Position numbers and translations under genes: made by a program. The notes beneath the pieces are model-generated. The model searched no databases. It had not been told where the DNA came from and saw nothing but the letters and a program-made list of their open reading frames with translations. From an uncultured bacterium (GTDB taxonomy: Bacteria > Patescibacteriota > Minisyncoccia > UBA6257 > 2-01-FULL-56-20), in the NCBI GenBank assembly GCA_963844965.1, contig CAWJQC010000009.1:1-64000 (forward strand): DNA of 64,000 nucleotides. The letters run 5' to 3'. Numbering within the stretch: the stretch's first letter is position 1; each line of letters begins with the position of its first letter. Positions 45,690-56,999 of the stretch are shown here, one piece after another.

Positions 45690-48600
45690 ATGGGATTCCG
45701 TAACAACTCGCGACGTTCCTCCTCCGCCACGCGGCAGAAGTCGAAGCCATTCTCGATGCGAAACCGACACGCAGCATTTGAACCCCTCGAAGAGCGTCAG
45801 TTGCTGAGCGTCACGCTGACGGGCGTGCCGGATTGGGTCGCTAAGGGTACCGCCCCGATCGTTGCCGGCAACAGCGACAACGTTACGGGGATGACGCCCG
45901 CCACCAGCCTGGAAGTCGGCGCTGTGAACGCTCTGGCGGTCGACCCGACAAACACCAAGCATCTCTTTGCGGCCACCGTGAATGGCGGCATCTGGCAAAC
46001 CAACGACTTCACCGTGGCGAACCCGACCTGGACCACCAGCACGGATCTCATGCCGTCGCTGGCGATCAGCGCTATCGCCTTCAGCCCCACTAACAGCAGC
46101 GTCATCTATGCCGGAACGGGCAGCTACAGTTCCACGGGTGGCGGTGTGGGCGGGGCCGGCATGGGTGGCGGCTCTGTCGGGCTGTACAAGTCAATCAATG
46201 GCGGGGCCACCTGGCAGGTCATCGACCCGAATGGCATCTTCACCGGACTGCGCAGTCCGGCGAGTTGTCCCGAGACGCTTAACGGAGGCCAAACCGTCTT
46301 TGCGGCCGCGACCGATACGGCGGCCGGGAGCGGCGGCGTCTACCGCTCGGACGATGGCGGCGGCACCTGGACGCGGCTCTCGGGCGATAACGGCCTGCCC
46401 AACGCGGGCGTCACCGACCTGGTGGCTAATCCGGCCAACGCCAACCAGTTCTTCGCTGCGGTCGCCGGCGGATCCGGCGGCGCCGGCGGCACGGGCGGCA
46501 TCTTCAGCCTCGATCTATCGGTGAATACAACCTGGACGAACATTACGGGTAATATCAACACCATCAATCCCGGCGTGCTCAACAATGCGATCCGGGTGGA
46601 GTTGTCTGTCAGCATCGCCGGAGTGAATCCGATCTGGGCGAGCGTGATCAACAGCAGCGGCTTCTACGCCGACGTCTTCCGGGCGCCGAACGCCGCATCG
46701 CCCACATGGGCGGCCGTCGGACCCGGCGGTTTGCTTCCGGACGTTCTCCAAGGCAATCAGGGTGGCGTTCACGGCTCCATCGAGGCCGACCCCAACTCCG
46801 ACACGGTCGTGTACATCGGCGGCGATGCAAAGCAGACTGCCAGTCCCTTTAGCGGGTATCTTGCCCGAGGTGATTCCGGCACCAACACCTGAACCGGCAT
46901 GACCCCCGTCGATACCGTGACGGCGAACCCTGGCCTGACCGTCATCCCGACGGCTAATGGCGTCACCGCCGCCCCGCATCCGGACACCCGCAACCTGGTT
47001 TTTGCCTCTGGCGGAGTCCTGCTGGTATCGTGCGACGGCGGCGTCTACCAAGCCACAAACCCGACGGGGGCCGGGCCGGCGATGGCCTGGACTTCGATTA
47101 ACGGCACCCTCGAAGACAGCGAGTTTTACACGGTTTCCTATGACAACCGAAACACGGCAGCCACGGCCGACGATCTAATCGAGGGGGCCGCCCAGGACGA
47201 CAGCTCGAGTGAGCGGAACACGGCTGCCGTTTGGAACACCCAGACAGGCGGCGATGGCACCGTCGTGCTGGCTGACCCCATCAGCGACACACGCTATTTC
47301 TCGATGCAGAACTACTTCATGGGTAGTGTCATCGGCGGGGGCGGCGTCAATCGACCCGCCGGCACTGTCGCGGGCACGGGGGGCAAGGTTCTGAACGCGG
47401 CTAACGCCGGCACCAAGGCCGAGACGTTCCCCTTTACCCCCGCCTTCCAAATCAACCAGGGGGACATCGGCAGCGGGGCGGGCACGGCACGGGTTATCCT
47501 GGGGGGCAATCAGACGCTCTATGTCTCCAGCGACCAGGCAGCCAACTACACCTCGATCGGCGGCACAACTGCAAATAACCCCGACCCCGTGACCAACCTA
47601 ACCGCCCGGGTGATCACGATCGCGTTTGGTGCGGCGACCAATACGAATGCCTGCTACGTCGCTATGTCCGACGGCAACGTCACCAAGACGACGGACATCA
47701 CCACTGCCGGCGGTGGTTTCAGCCTCACGACCTTCCTTGCGACGGCCGGCGGTGAGGATGGCGCAGGGTATGGCGATCGATCCCAACGACGCGAATACGG
47801 TCTACGTAATCACTCTGACGCGCAGCCTGCGTGACCACGGACGGCGGCACTACGTGGGCCAACATCACGGACAACCTGGCATCCCTGTTCACTCCGGGCT
47901 TTGCCAGCAACGTGAGTCCGAGTCAGGAGCGGGGGATCACCCTGTTCAACAACGGCACGGCAACGAAGGCCGACGACGTGCTGTTGATCGGCGGTCCAGG
48001 CGGTGTCTTTCGGCGTCTGGCCGCATCGCCCCCGGGTGGCATTTGGAGCCAATATGGCGTTGATTTGCCCAACGTGCTGGTCGACAGTCTGCAATATGAC
48101 CAACTGAGCGATACGCTTCTGGCTGGCACTTTTGGCCGCGGCGACTGGACGGTTAGCAGCGTTGCCACCACAATTAACGCCGCTGGCGTGATGGTGATCT
48201 GCGGCGACCAGGATTTTGCCAACGAAGACGACACCTTTAAGCTGGTCCGCGACCCCGGCGATCCGTTGCTGTTGGATGTGTTTCAGAACAACACCACCAC
48301 TACCCCCGACTTCCAAGTGCCGTTGGCGGTGGTCCAGCAGATCGACGTCTTCGCCGCCGGCGGCAACGACAACTTGATTGTTGACAGCAGCAACGGCCTG
48401 ATCAGCGTCGCCGGCGGCATTCGTTACGACGCCGATCACGGCTGCCCGGGCGACACAGCCGCCGGAATCGGCGGTTTCGACCGCCTCACCCTCACCCAGA
48501 ATCTGACGGGTGGCCCCGCCATCGCTTCCGATCAATTGGCGCCGGGTGCCACCCCGGGCGACGGCATCAGCACCGTCAACGACACGGCCGGCAACGTCCA

Positions 48601-51223
48601 GACGATTGATTTCCAGTACCTCGAACCGGTTGTCGATAACGTCCCCTCGCCGACGTTCGATATCGCCGCCGTCCCCGGATTGGCGAGTCTGCTGGACGCC
48701 GACAACGCCATCGACTATACGGCCAGCCAGATTCTGCTTACCGGCGGCCGCGTGACGATCGACAATTTCGAGCCGATCGAGTTCGAGAACAAGGTCACCT
48801 TGGTCATCGACGCCGGGGCCGGCAGTGATGCGATCAATCTGAACAATCCCACCACGCCCACCGGCCTGGCGGCCATCACCGTCAACGGTGGCGACCCGTC
48901 GCTCGCCGATACGATCACCGTCAACGGCATCAAGGGGGCTACGGACCATTTCGTGGTGCTGCCCACGGCCGCAGGCAACGGAAACATTTTCGACACCGAC
49001 ACAGCGAGCGCCAAATATCGCCCCCGAGGTTCACTATTCCGGCATGCAAGGGGTCAACGTCGTGGGCCAAAACGCGGATGCGGACGCCTTGGCGGACGGA
49101 GGAACTGTGGGCGACGACTCGTTCACCTATAATCCTGGCACGACCGCGTCTTCCGGAGAGATTCACGGTTTCAACAGCGGTTTCTCCTTTGGGGCCTTGA
49201 CCTTTAACGGAATCACCGGCTGGGTCACGATGGGATCGCCTTTGGTGAACCTTACCGCAGGTTCGGCGACCGGCCTCCTCGTCCTCGGCGGCCACGACAC
49301 GGTGGTCATCGACGGGACGGCGGCTGACGATTCCTTCAATTGGGACAATTCTCTTGTATTCCTGCAGGTGCGAGTGGACACTGGCGGCGACCTTCACACC
49401 CCCATCGTCCTGGCCGGCGACCAAATCGTTGGATACGTTTCACACGTCATTGTGCAGGGGCTCGACGGCAACGACACGTTCAATGTGATTCCTGGGGGGG
49501 CCCCTGGCAGTGACTTGTTCGACATCCGCATCGAAGGAGGGGATTCCGATAGCTTTACCGACACACTAAACCTCAGCGGCGCCGTCGGCCCGGTGGGGGT
49601 GAATCTGGCCGACAGCACCGTGCCCTCCGACACCTCGATAACCGGCTACGGCAGCACCGTCACGCTCACCGGCGTCGAGTTGGTCCACATGGATGTCAAC
49701 GGCACAAACCCTGACGGTCACGGGCACGGCGGGCGCGGACCAGTTCAACTTCACGCCCACGGCGCTGGGCGTCGGCAGTTTCAAGGTCACGACCACCGGC
49801 GCCATCGTCGAGACCAGCCCGCAATTCACCTATACCGGCGTGGCGGCCACGGGCGTCACGCTCAACGGCGGTACGGGCGGATTCGACGTGCTGGGACTGA
49901 CGGCCACGGCCGGCAACGACACGATCAACGCCGTGCAGACCGACGCCACGCATTTGAGCTTCACCCTCAACGCGTTCACGCAGCCTTTCATTTTCGCCAC
50001 GCCGGCTTCGGTGCCAGGGGTCAACATCTACGCCGGCGCCGGCGATGACTTGATTCGCGTGAGCGTGACCAATGCGCTGGAAAGCACCACGCCGAGCGCC
50101 AGCCTGCGGTTCACGGTCGACGGCGGCGAGCCCAATGCCAGCGATCGGCTGCTCGTGAACGACGACGGCATTGGCGACCTGACTATCCTTCGCCAGGGCC
50201 CCGATGATCGAAGCGGCTCGGTGACGGTGGGCGTTCTGAATCCCGTTGTCTATGAAAACGTCGAGCGTCTCGACGTCACGCCGCTTAATCCCATCACCGG
50301 TGGGACCGGCACTGACGGCAACGGCCGCATCTTCGTCATGCATCAGAATCCGTTCGAGACCAACGACAGCCTCGCGAACGCACGGCGCAGATCGAGCGGC
50401 TGGCCGATTCGCCGACCAGCCCCACGATCGACCCGGCCGGCCTCAATACCCCTCCGTTTACGGTCAGCGGCGACGAAGATTGGTACGTCTTCCGTCCCAA
50501 GTTCACCACGGACTACCAAGTCCGCATCCTGTTCCATCGCATCGTGGCTTTGGCGAACGGCCGGCCTGGCCTGCCGGGCACCGGCGACTTGTCGCTCGAC
50601 ATCTACGACGCCAACGGGGCGTTGATCGTCTCCGGCGTGGCCGATGGAAACGGCGACAACCGCACGGCCATTTTCGGGGCCACGCCCACCGTGGCACAGT
50701 TCGCCACGATCTATATCCGCGTCAAAGGCGGAGAAGCGCCAGCTGGCGCCTCGGTCAATCTCTACGACTTCGACAACATCACCGCATTGACGTTCCCGGT
50801 GCCACCGGGGGTCGGCAACGTGGACGTGTTCGGTCCCCAGGTCACCGGCGTGGCCATCACCACCGCGCCGGCCTACAACTTGTTCGATCCCAAGGAATTC
50901 ACACATGGCGGCCTGGGCCCGACGCCATTGGTAAACGGCCTGACCATCAGTTTCAAGGATTTACCGGCACGCACCCCGGGCTTCGTCTATCCGGCCCTCG
51001 ATCCGGCCACGGCCAGCACCCGGGCACTTATGTGGTCAAGGGAGATGCCAACGGCATCGTTCAGATCTCGCAGATCATCGTGACCAACAACCCGCCGGCG
51101 GTGGGACAGGTGCCCACGGCGACGGTCCAACTGGTTTTCGCCCAGCCGTTGCCCGACGATCGCTTCACGTTGACGATCAACGACAATCTGCTCGATCCGG
51201 CCACCGCGTCTATAAATCCCTGA
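45690..51223 (+). pseudogene. large Planctomycetes-type secreted BNR/Asp-box repeat protein gene, disrupted by an in-frame TGA (46890) and at least 8 frameshifts
   Basis: N-terminus RRSSSATRQKSKPFSMRNRHAAFEPLEERQLLSV (planctomycete-type N-terminal motif). BNR repeats SINGGATWQ, SDDGGGTWT, TTDGGTTWA. C-terminal PPC-like segment DEDWYVFRPKFTTDYQVRI. The reading frame hops 0>0>1>2>0>1>0>2. Confidence 0.5.
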
Positions 51224-51401
51224 ACCGCCGCCTCCAAAATTTTCTGCGTTCTTTCCGTAAACATGGAGTAATCGCGAATAATGCGAATCTATTTTAAATA
51301 ATGCGAATATTATTATTAGTGTTATTTGCTATCATTCGCATTATTAGCGAACACTCCGAATTATAGTCCTATTGGCAATCTTGTCAAGCGATTGCTAATA
51401 C

Positions 51402-51430
51402 TTGACAGAAATATAATTCCATGCTAACAT
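51402..51430 (+). promoter_or_regulatory. sigma70 promoter (TTGACA-17 nt-TAACAT) for the small membrane protein gene, overlapped by a cttgtcaag/cttgacag dyad and preceded by aataatgcgaat operator-like repeats (51276-51354)
   Basis: cTTGACAgaaatataattccatgcTAACAT; two direct and one inverted copy of aatgcgaat upstream. Confidence 0.45.
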
Positions 51431-51489
51431 TACATCAGTACTTGCCCGAACGTGTTTGATGTTGGGCAAGAGAAAAGGAGAAGGGCGAC

Positions 51490-51825
51490 ATGAACTATCG
51501 TCTGAAAGTTTTGATTGCCGTGTTAATTGTGGTGCTTTCGGTCGTGGCGGCTTTGCTGTGCGGCTTTGCCAAGCTCTCGGTTGTGTTCGCGATCGCTGGC
51601 ACAGCCTTCGTTGTCAATCGGCACATCTGTCGGTGCCGCAACTGCTCAAGCTGGAGAACGCATTGGGATTTCCAGTACGTTGGGGATAATTGGAATCCTG
51701 GCCACGGAACAACACAGGAATTTAGGTGTTGCGCGGCATGTCACCAAACAACGCTTTTAGATACCCATTCAAGCTGCGCGGAGAATCCACTGAATGTTCC
51801 CGACGACTTAAACTCGAACTACTAG
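51490..51825 (+). CDS. hypothetical small membrane protein with Cys-rich C-terminus
   Basis: 111 aa, RBS aaaGGAGaagggcgacATG, two TM helices, CRCRNCSS...CCAAC. Confidence 0.45.
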   Translation: MNYRLKVLIAVLIVVLSVVAALLCGFAKLSVVFAIAGTAFVVNRHICRCRNCSSWRTHWDFQYVGDNWNPGHGTTQEFRCCAACHQTTLLDTHSSCAENPLNVPDDLNSNY

Positions 51826-51960
51826 CTTCGTCCTCCAATCCCGCTACGTCCCCCTGCTTTGGCAGAATGGACTTGGCGGGATTTTTATTTGACGGAATTG
51901 CCTATTTCCTATAAAATTTGTGCAGCTTTATCGGATTGATAATTTGCGAGGATGGTGTAA

Positions 51961-52524
51961 ATGAAAAGATTTTTTCTGCCCTGCTTTTTGCTGTTTCTAC
52001 TGCTTCCGTTTCCGTCCGTTCTCACTGCTCAAACTACGGCTCAAATAGAATCATGGAACGACGTTATCGGCGGTAAGATTGTGCCGCAGGTTGACGCCTA
52101 CGTGACGCACAAATCGTCAGAGCGTGTCGGCCAGTTTGCCTGGTTCGTTACGGGCCAGCACTGGTCCGAGGCCTACGCAGGATTGGAGCTTTATCCCAAA
52201 AAATGGATGACATTGGACATGGGCGCTGGCCTGGAGACAAACAAAAATCCATGGCGTCTCGGCGGCATTGTGTGGATGGGTAGCCAAAAACAGTCGCTTC
52301 TGACCGCATTGGAAACAGGCGGCAGCGGCTTCTGGTGGCGGAGCATATACAACCGAAAAGTTAGAAAATGTTTCGGCATCGGGATAATCGGCCAGGCGCA
52401 CAGGGGCGTCGGTCCGAGGGCGCAGTTTTGTATTCCCAGAACGCCAATCACAATATGGGCTGCCAATTTCTTCTGGAACGGCAAGCCTTCACAGGCGTTC
52501 GGGATTGTCTATGGTTTCAACTAA
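51961..52524 (+). CDS. hypothetical secreted protein (signal peptide; possible small beta-barrel, C-terminal ...GFN)
   Basis: 187 aa. MKRFFLPCFLLFLLLPFPSVLTAQT signal peptide, aromatic-rich, ends in Phe-Asn. Confidence 0.45.
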   Translation: MKRFFLPCFLLFLLLPFPSVLTAQTTAQIESWNDVIGGKIVPQVDAYVTHKSSERVGQFAWFVTGQHWSEAYAGLELYPKKWMTLDMGAGLETNKNPWRLGGIVWMGSQKQSLLTALETGGSGFWWRSIYNRKVRKCFGIGIIGQAHRGVGPRAQFCIPRTPITIWAANFFWNGKPSQAFGIVYGFN

Positions 52525-52550
52525 AAACGCCGAACAGCAATTTTCAAACG

Positions 52551-52598
52551 GCCGCCGGAGTTTTTCGTATAACGCGATAAAACTTCGGCGGTTTTTTA
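52551..52598 (+). terminator. rho-independent terminator (gccgccggagtt...aacttcggcgg + T6)
   Basis: 11-bp stem with one mismatch, followed by tttttt, 27 nt after the stop of the 51961-52524 gene. Confidence 0.55.
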
Positions 52599-52690
52599 TG
52601 TTTGACATTTTAACGCGCTGTGCGCTATTGTTCTTCCCAGAAGAAGGCGAACCGCCTTCAGTTTGAAAGTAAAAAAGGGGGGGTAAGGTT

Positions 52691-53218
52691 ATGCAGGCGC
52701 TTGCTGGATTTTTTGGGTTCACGACATTGGCCGGCGTTATTTGGAACTCTGTTGCTTATTTGGCATTCATATTGATTATCATCGGCGTTTTCTCCGACCG
52801 GTACCGCAATATCCTTATGACTTTTGGCGCCGCCGTACTTGCACTATACGCAGCAATCTTCCTTCATAATCCTCTATTTGCCGCACTACAAACGCTGATT
52901 GTCGTTTCAGGATTTTTACAATTAGCGAAGGTTTCCAAACGCACGGCGATGGCTACTATGGTGATATTTACAGCTGTGGCATATCTCTTCCTGGCACTGA
53001 ACGGCTCTATAGCCAATATCTGGGCGCTGCTCGGCTCTCTTGGCCTGCTTGGCATTGCCTTTGGCTTGGTCGCTCTCCCGCAACATAATGGTTTTCTGCT
53101 GATGGCAACGGGGGGTGTGTTGCTGATTGTTTATGCGTTTACGGTGGCTGCCTGGGTATTTTTCCTACTCAACGTTTTCTTTACCGTTGCGAACATTCGC
53201 GTCTGGCGGAAAAGATAA
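52691..53218 (+). CDS. hypothetical polytopic membrane protein
   Basis: 175 aa, 5-6 TM helices, RBS-like ggggggtaaggttATG. Confidence 0.4.
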   Translation: MQALAGFFGFTTLAGVIWNSVAYLAFILIIIGVFSDRYRNILMTFGAAVLALYAAIFLHNPLFAALQTLIVVSGFLQLAKVSKRTAMATMVIFTAVAYLFLALNGSIANIWALLGSLGLLGIAFGLVALPQHNGFLLMATGGVLLIVYAFTVAAWVFFLLNVFFTVANIRVWRKR

Positions 53219-53329
53219 ATTTGCGCAAAAGCTGGCCGCTTGCCCCTTGAGGTCGGCGGCTTTTTGTTTTCCTATCGCCGGTTGTTGAACTAATTTAAAT
53301 GCCCGCCTCAGAACGAAGCGGGCGCATTT

Positions 53330-53773
53330 TTAATGTTTACCCGAAGACAAACTTAACCCGACCACACCGATAATCGTGATGGCGAGGAACGCCGTCTCAC
53401 GCCACGTCAGCATTCTCCGGGACATAACCGATACCAATACGGCAACGACCAGTGGATATGTAGCGGAAATTGCCGTAACTATGGCTACCTGCGTGCCTTC
53501 CGCGCGCGCGTACATGTAGTTGAAACCGATTAGGGCGCAGACATACACTGTCGCGCACAAGATTGTGATAAGAAAACCCTGGCCGCTGGTCACGAATTTA
53601 TCGCCGCAAAATCTCAACTGGATTAAGCCGGCAAGACAATAGACGAAGCCGAGAATTATAAAAAATTCCCCGCCGCTTACTCTCTTAAGGGCCGCGGACC
53701 AAAGCATCACGGCTATGCCCAAAAGTACGGCAACAATAATGGCAACAAAATTCAGATTGAAACCGGAATTCAC
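53330..53773 (-). CDS. EamA/DMT-like small membrane transporter (4-5 TM)
   Basis: 147 aa, hydrophobic throughout, resembles a single EamA repeat. Confidence 0.4.
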   Translation of the reverse strand: MNSGFNLNFVAIIVAVLLGIAVMLWSAALKRVSGGEFFIILGFVYCLAGLIQLRFCGDKFVTSGQGFLITILCATVYVCALIGFNYMYARAEGTQVAIVTAISATYPLVVAVLVSVMSRRMLTWRETAFLAITIIGVVGLSLSSGKH

Positions 53774-53881
53774 AGTTATCCTCCGTCAAGTATTCTGACG
53801 AGAGAATAGCACCGAATTGATTGAACGGCAAGCACTGGTACGTTTTGCCCGCAGCGGCCGATTCGTTTATAATAATTACAT

Positions 53882-54008
53882 GCCGGGTAGTGAAAATTCG
53901 ACCGTAAGTGTATATATCCAACAGCCCGGTTATTGATTATACAATCCAATAAAATTGTCAGAAAAAAGTCGCTGGTTATAAAAATAAGTCGAATTTCTAC
54001 TACCCGGT
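53882..54008. repeat. approx. 130-bp inverted-repeat-bounded element copy 2 (gccgggtagtgaaaattcgac ... gtcgaatttctactacccggt) abutting the corA start codon
   Basis: Terminal motifs shared with the copy at 34786-34917, including the same tca/cta asymmetry in the second arm. Confidence 0.5.
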
Positions 54009-54884
54009 ATGCCCACAACAAAACCAAACGCGGAGTGGATTGATATCCTCCATCCCAAAGCCAGGGACTTGGAGATAATCGGAAAAAGATTTCATATCCA
54101 CCCGGTAATCTTAAAAGAATTGAGGGAGCCGTCGGCCAGGTCACGCGTTGAGGCCTATGACCACTATCTGTATCTGATTTACTATTACCCGGTTTACGAT
54201 CCGGTGGAACAAACGTCGCGGCGGACAGAGATTGACTTCCTGATAACGAAAGGCGCCGTGATAACGACGCACTACGAGCCGCTTGAAGCCATCAGGGACT
54301 TTACGCCGAAGCTAGCCGAAAACACTTTGAAGCTCACCTATTTTCTGATAGAAGCGCTCCTGGATTTTGAAGAACGGCAGTTGAGGCACATTCGGGAAAA
54401 GGTTGAGGCGGTAGGCGCGGAACTGTTCAAAGATAAGGAGAAAGAAGTTCTGCGCAAGGTCTCGCGGATGAAGCGAGATGTTTCCGAATACAGAATTATC
54501 GTCAAGCACCAAGGACCGATATTGAAATCGCTTTTCAGCAGAGGCACGAAATTCTGGGGCGAAGACGCGAATGTTTACCTTGAGGACCTGATCGGCGACC
54601 ATCTCAAGATTGTTAACCAAATTGAGGATTACAGAGACGCCATTTCGGACTTTGAAGACACCAACAACCAGCTTATGAACCTGAAAACGAACGCCGTCAT
54701 GAAAACTTTCACCACGCTTTCCTTTCTCACGTTCCCCTTCATGCTCCTTGCCGCGCTTTTCAGCATGAACACGCGCGATACCCCCGTAATCAGCATGCCG
54801 AATGCTTTTTGGATTGTCTTCGGATTTATGATTGTGGCGATGGTCTCGCTCACTGTTTACTTCAAGAGAAAAGATTGGTTCTAG
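54009..54884 (+). CDS. corA: CorA-family magnesium/cobalt transporter
   Basis: 291 aa. Cytoplasmic N-domain, two C-terminal TM helices, with FSMNT in the position of the GMN signature between them. Confidence 0.7.
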   Translation: MPTTKPNAEWIDILHPKARDLEIIGKRFHIHPVILKELREPSARSRVEAYDHYLYLIYYYPVYDPVEQTSRRTEIDFLITKGAVITTHYEPLEAIRDFTPKLAENTLKLTYFLIEALLDFEERQLRHIREKVEAVGAELFKDKEKEVLRKVSRMKRDVSEYRIIVKHQGPILKSLFSRGTKFWGEDANVYLEDLIGDHLKIVNQIEDYRDAISDFEDTNNQLMNLKTNAVMKTFTTLSFLTFPFMLLAALFSMNTRDTPVISMPNAFWIVFGFMIVAMVSLTVYFKRKDWF

Positions 54885-54905
54885 GCGTCATCCAGCAGAC
54901 GGAGT

Positions 54906-55763
54906 TTGTGTGTTATAATGATTATTATGCATTTAAGCTTTGTGAAAAAAATTCTTTTGGTCGCAGTTGTATTACTGGTGTTGGCGCTTCTTTTGCCAAT
55001 CGTAGAACTGAAAAATATTGATTCTCTTTTGACGGCCACAACTTTTCTTTTTGGCGTTCTTTACGGTTTCGAAATATCGGTTGTTATTGCTAATTTCGTT
55101 GCTTTGAAAACTCAACTTGCTATAGAAAATGCTGGATTATTGTCCATCTACCATTTAGCTGACATCATGGGTGGTAAAACTGGCGAGGAAATAAAAGATC
55201 GAATAGAACTACACCTTCTTGAGCTAATAGATTATCCCCTAGAAAGACATCTTGAGACTGGCAAATCATATTTTAATATTTTTGAACCCCTTAAAAAAGC
55301 TCCTGATCCAAGGAGCGCAGCAAAGGGCCAGGCACTTCAATACCTCAATGAAGGGATCTATTATATTCCTCAGGCACGCAATCAAGTAGCCGATGTTGCT
55401 CCTCGATTTGTGAATAAGGCTGAGTGGATGATGCTGTCAGTTTTGGGATTATTCTTGATCGTAGCTCTATTTCTTGGCCGGGGACCAGATTTCTTTTCGC
55501 AGATAACAGCCGCAGCCTTTTCAACTTTGGTAATCGGCTCGCTACTTCTCCTTGATGAAATTGATTCTAATAGAATCATGGAGGCTTACCTTGAGTATGG
55601 CATGTTCAACGACACACTGAAATCAATTGGCAAAACACCTTACTATCCAGAATTTGCGATTGAACAGGGAGATATAAAAATTCCCAAAGGAGAAAAATAT
55701 CGGTTGGGCACTTTCCCAAACTATCCATCTCTTGAGGGTAGACGCATAAAAATTGTAGGGTAA
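54906..55763 (+). CDS. hypothetical membrane protein
   Basis: 285 aa, several TM helices, no recognised domain. Confidence 0.35.
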   Translation: MCVIMIIMHLSFVKKILLVAVVLLVLALLLPIVELKNIDSLLTATTFLFGVLYGFEISVVIANFVALKTQLAIENAGLLSIYHLADIMGGKTGEEIKDRIELHLLELIDYPLERHLETGKSYFNIFEPLKKAPDPRSAAKGQALQYLNEGIYYIPQARNQVADVAPRFVNKAEWMMLSVLGLFLIVALFLGRGPDFFSQITAAAFSTLVIGSLLLLDEIDSNRIMEAYLEYGMFNDTLKSIGKTPYYPEFAIEQGDIKIPKGEKYRLGTFPNYPSLEGRRIKIVG

Positions 55764-55827
55764 CACGGGTTCTGACGAATCTCCGGCGTATTTGGTTTCC
55801 CACCCTTGCGGTGTTAAAATTTTTCTA

Positions 55828-56871
55828 ATGGATAGATTATTTCGGGGTTTATTGTTGTTTATACCCATCGCATTGGCCGCGCAATTTTTGCATTTTTCTC
55901 CCGTTGCGGTTTTCTTTCTTTCCGCCTTGGCGATAGTGCCGCTCGCAAAATTCATCGGCGAGGCAACCGAGGAGTTGAGCGTCCATGTGGGACCGGCCTT
56001 GGGCGGACTTCTAAATGCCACTTTCGGCAACGCCACCGAACTCATCATCGGGATTTTCGCGATAAGGGCTGGTTTGATCGAGGTGGTGAAGGCGTCCCTT
56101 ACCGGTTCAATTATAGGCAACTTGCTTCTCGTTTTGGGAATGGCGATGTTTGCCGGCGGCTTGCGACATAAAAAGCAGGAATCCAACCGTACCGCGGCCA
56201 TGGCCAGCGGCTCGTCGCTCTTTATAGCGGCGATAGCGCTCGTGATTCCCGCGATATTCTTGCAATCGGTTTCTTCAAGCGGCGGCGCCACCGAAGAACT
56301 AAGCGTTTTCGTATCCATTTGCATCATCCTGCTCTATGTCGCTGGTTTGTGGTTTTCACTTTTCACGCATAAACACCTCTACACGGAAGAAGTCGGAAAG
56401 TTGGAGGCGCGCTGGAGCATAAAAAAGAGTATTTTGATTCTGCTTCTTGCCACCATAGCCGTCGCTTGGATGAGCGAAATTCTCGTCGGTTCCATAAATC
56501 CGCTTGTCGCTGCCCTCGGCTGGAGCGAGCTTTTCGTAGGCGTGATTTTTGTGGCAATCATCGGCAACGCCGCGGAGCACACCTCCGCCATCATGATGGC
56601 GATGAAAAACCGGATGGATCTGGCACTACAAGTTTCAATCGGTTCCGCGACCCAAATCGCGATATTCGTCGTGCCTTTTCTGGTTCTTGTGAGTTCCTTC
56701 CTTTCAAACCCGATGAATCTGGCATTCAATATTTTTGAACTCGTATCAATAGTCCTCTCCGTTTTGCTTGTTAATCTGATAATCGCCGACGGCGAAAGCA
56801 ATTGGCTTGAAGGTCTGCAACTTATCACGGCTTATGTCATCATCGGCGTGGCGTTTTTCTTCTACCGCTGA
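55828..56871 (+). CDS. cax: Ca2+/H+ (cation/proton) antiporter, CaCA family
   Basis: Two alpha-repeat signatures GNATELIIGIFAI and GNAAEHTSAIMMA, 10-11 TM. ATG 55828 is preceded at 8 nt by TGtTAAAAT. The ORF-track start 55792 is a TTG. Confidence 0.75.
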   Translation: MDRLFRGLLLFIPIALAAQFLHFSPVAVFFLSALAIVPLAKFIGEATEELSVHVGPALGGLLNATFGNATELIIGIFAIRAGLIEVVKASLTGSIIGNLLLVLGMAMFAGGLRHKKQESNRTAAMASGSSLFIAAIALVIPAIFLQSVSSSGGATEELSVFVSICIILLYVAGLWFSLFTHKHLYTEEVGKLEARWSIKKSILILLLATIAVAWMSEILVGSINPLVAALGWSELFVGVIFVAIIGNAAEHTSAIMMAMKNRMDLALQVSIGSATQIAIFVVPFLVLVSSFLSNPMNLAFNIFELVSIVLSVLLVNLIIADGESNWLEGLQLITAYVIIGVAFFFYR

Positions 56872-56999
56872 AATAATCACTATACCGGTGTTTAGTAAAA
56901 CGGCCCGGACGCATAGATGCGTTCTGACTTGTTTTTTTACTTTCTCCCCTCCACGTTTAAAATTTTGGCTTTTTATCCTTGCGGTGTTAGAATCTTCCT

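Noticed and set aside
46890-46892. In-frame TGA in the BNR-repeat gene as evidence of an alternative genetic code (UGA=Gly, as in SR1/Gracilibacteria)
   Set aside because: Backbone genes (typA, murC, gltX, dnaK ...) are full length under the standard code and use TGA as a stop (e.g. 10107-10109). The TGA sits in the error-ridden foreign block, so it is more likely a lesion.
43441-51223. Dozens of long ORFs on both strands in the GC-rich block (e.g. 47810-48949 minus, 49696-50343 minus, 50343-50906 minus)
   Set aside because: High GC suppresses stop codons. Their translations are Arg/Ala/Gly/Pro-rich low-complexity, and they overlap the protein-like frame of the plus-strand repeat-protein genes.
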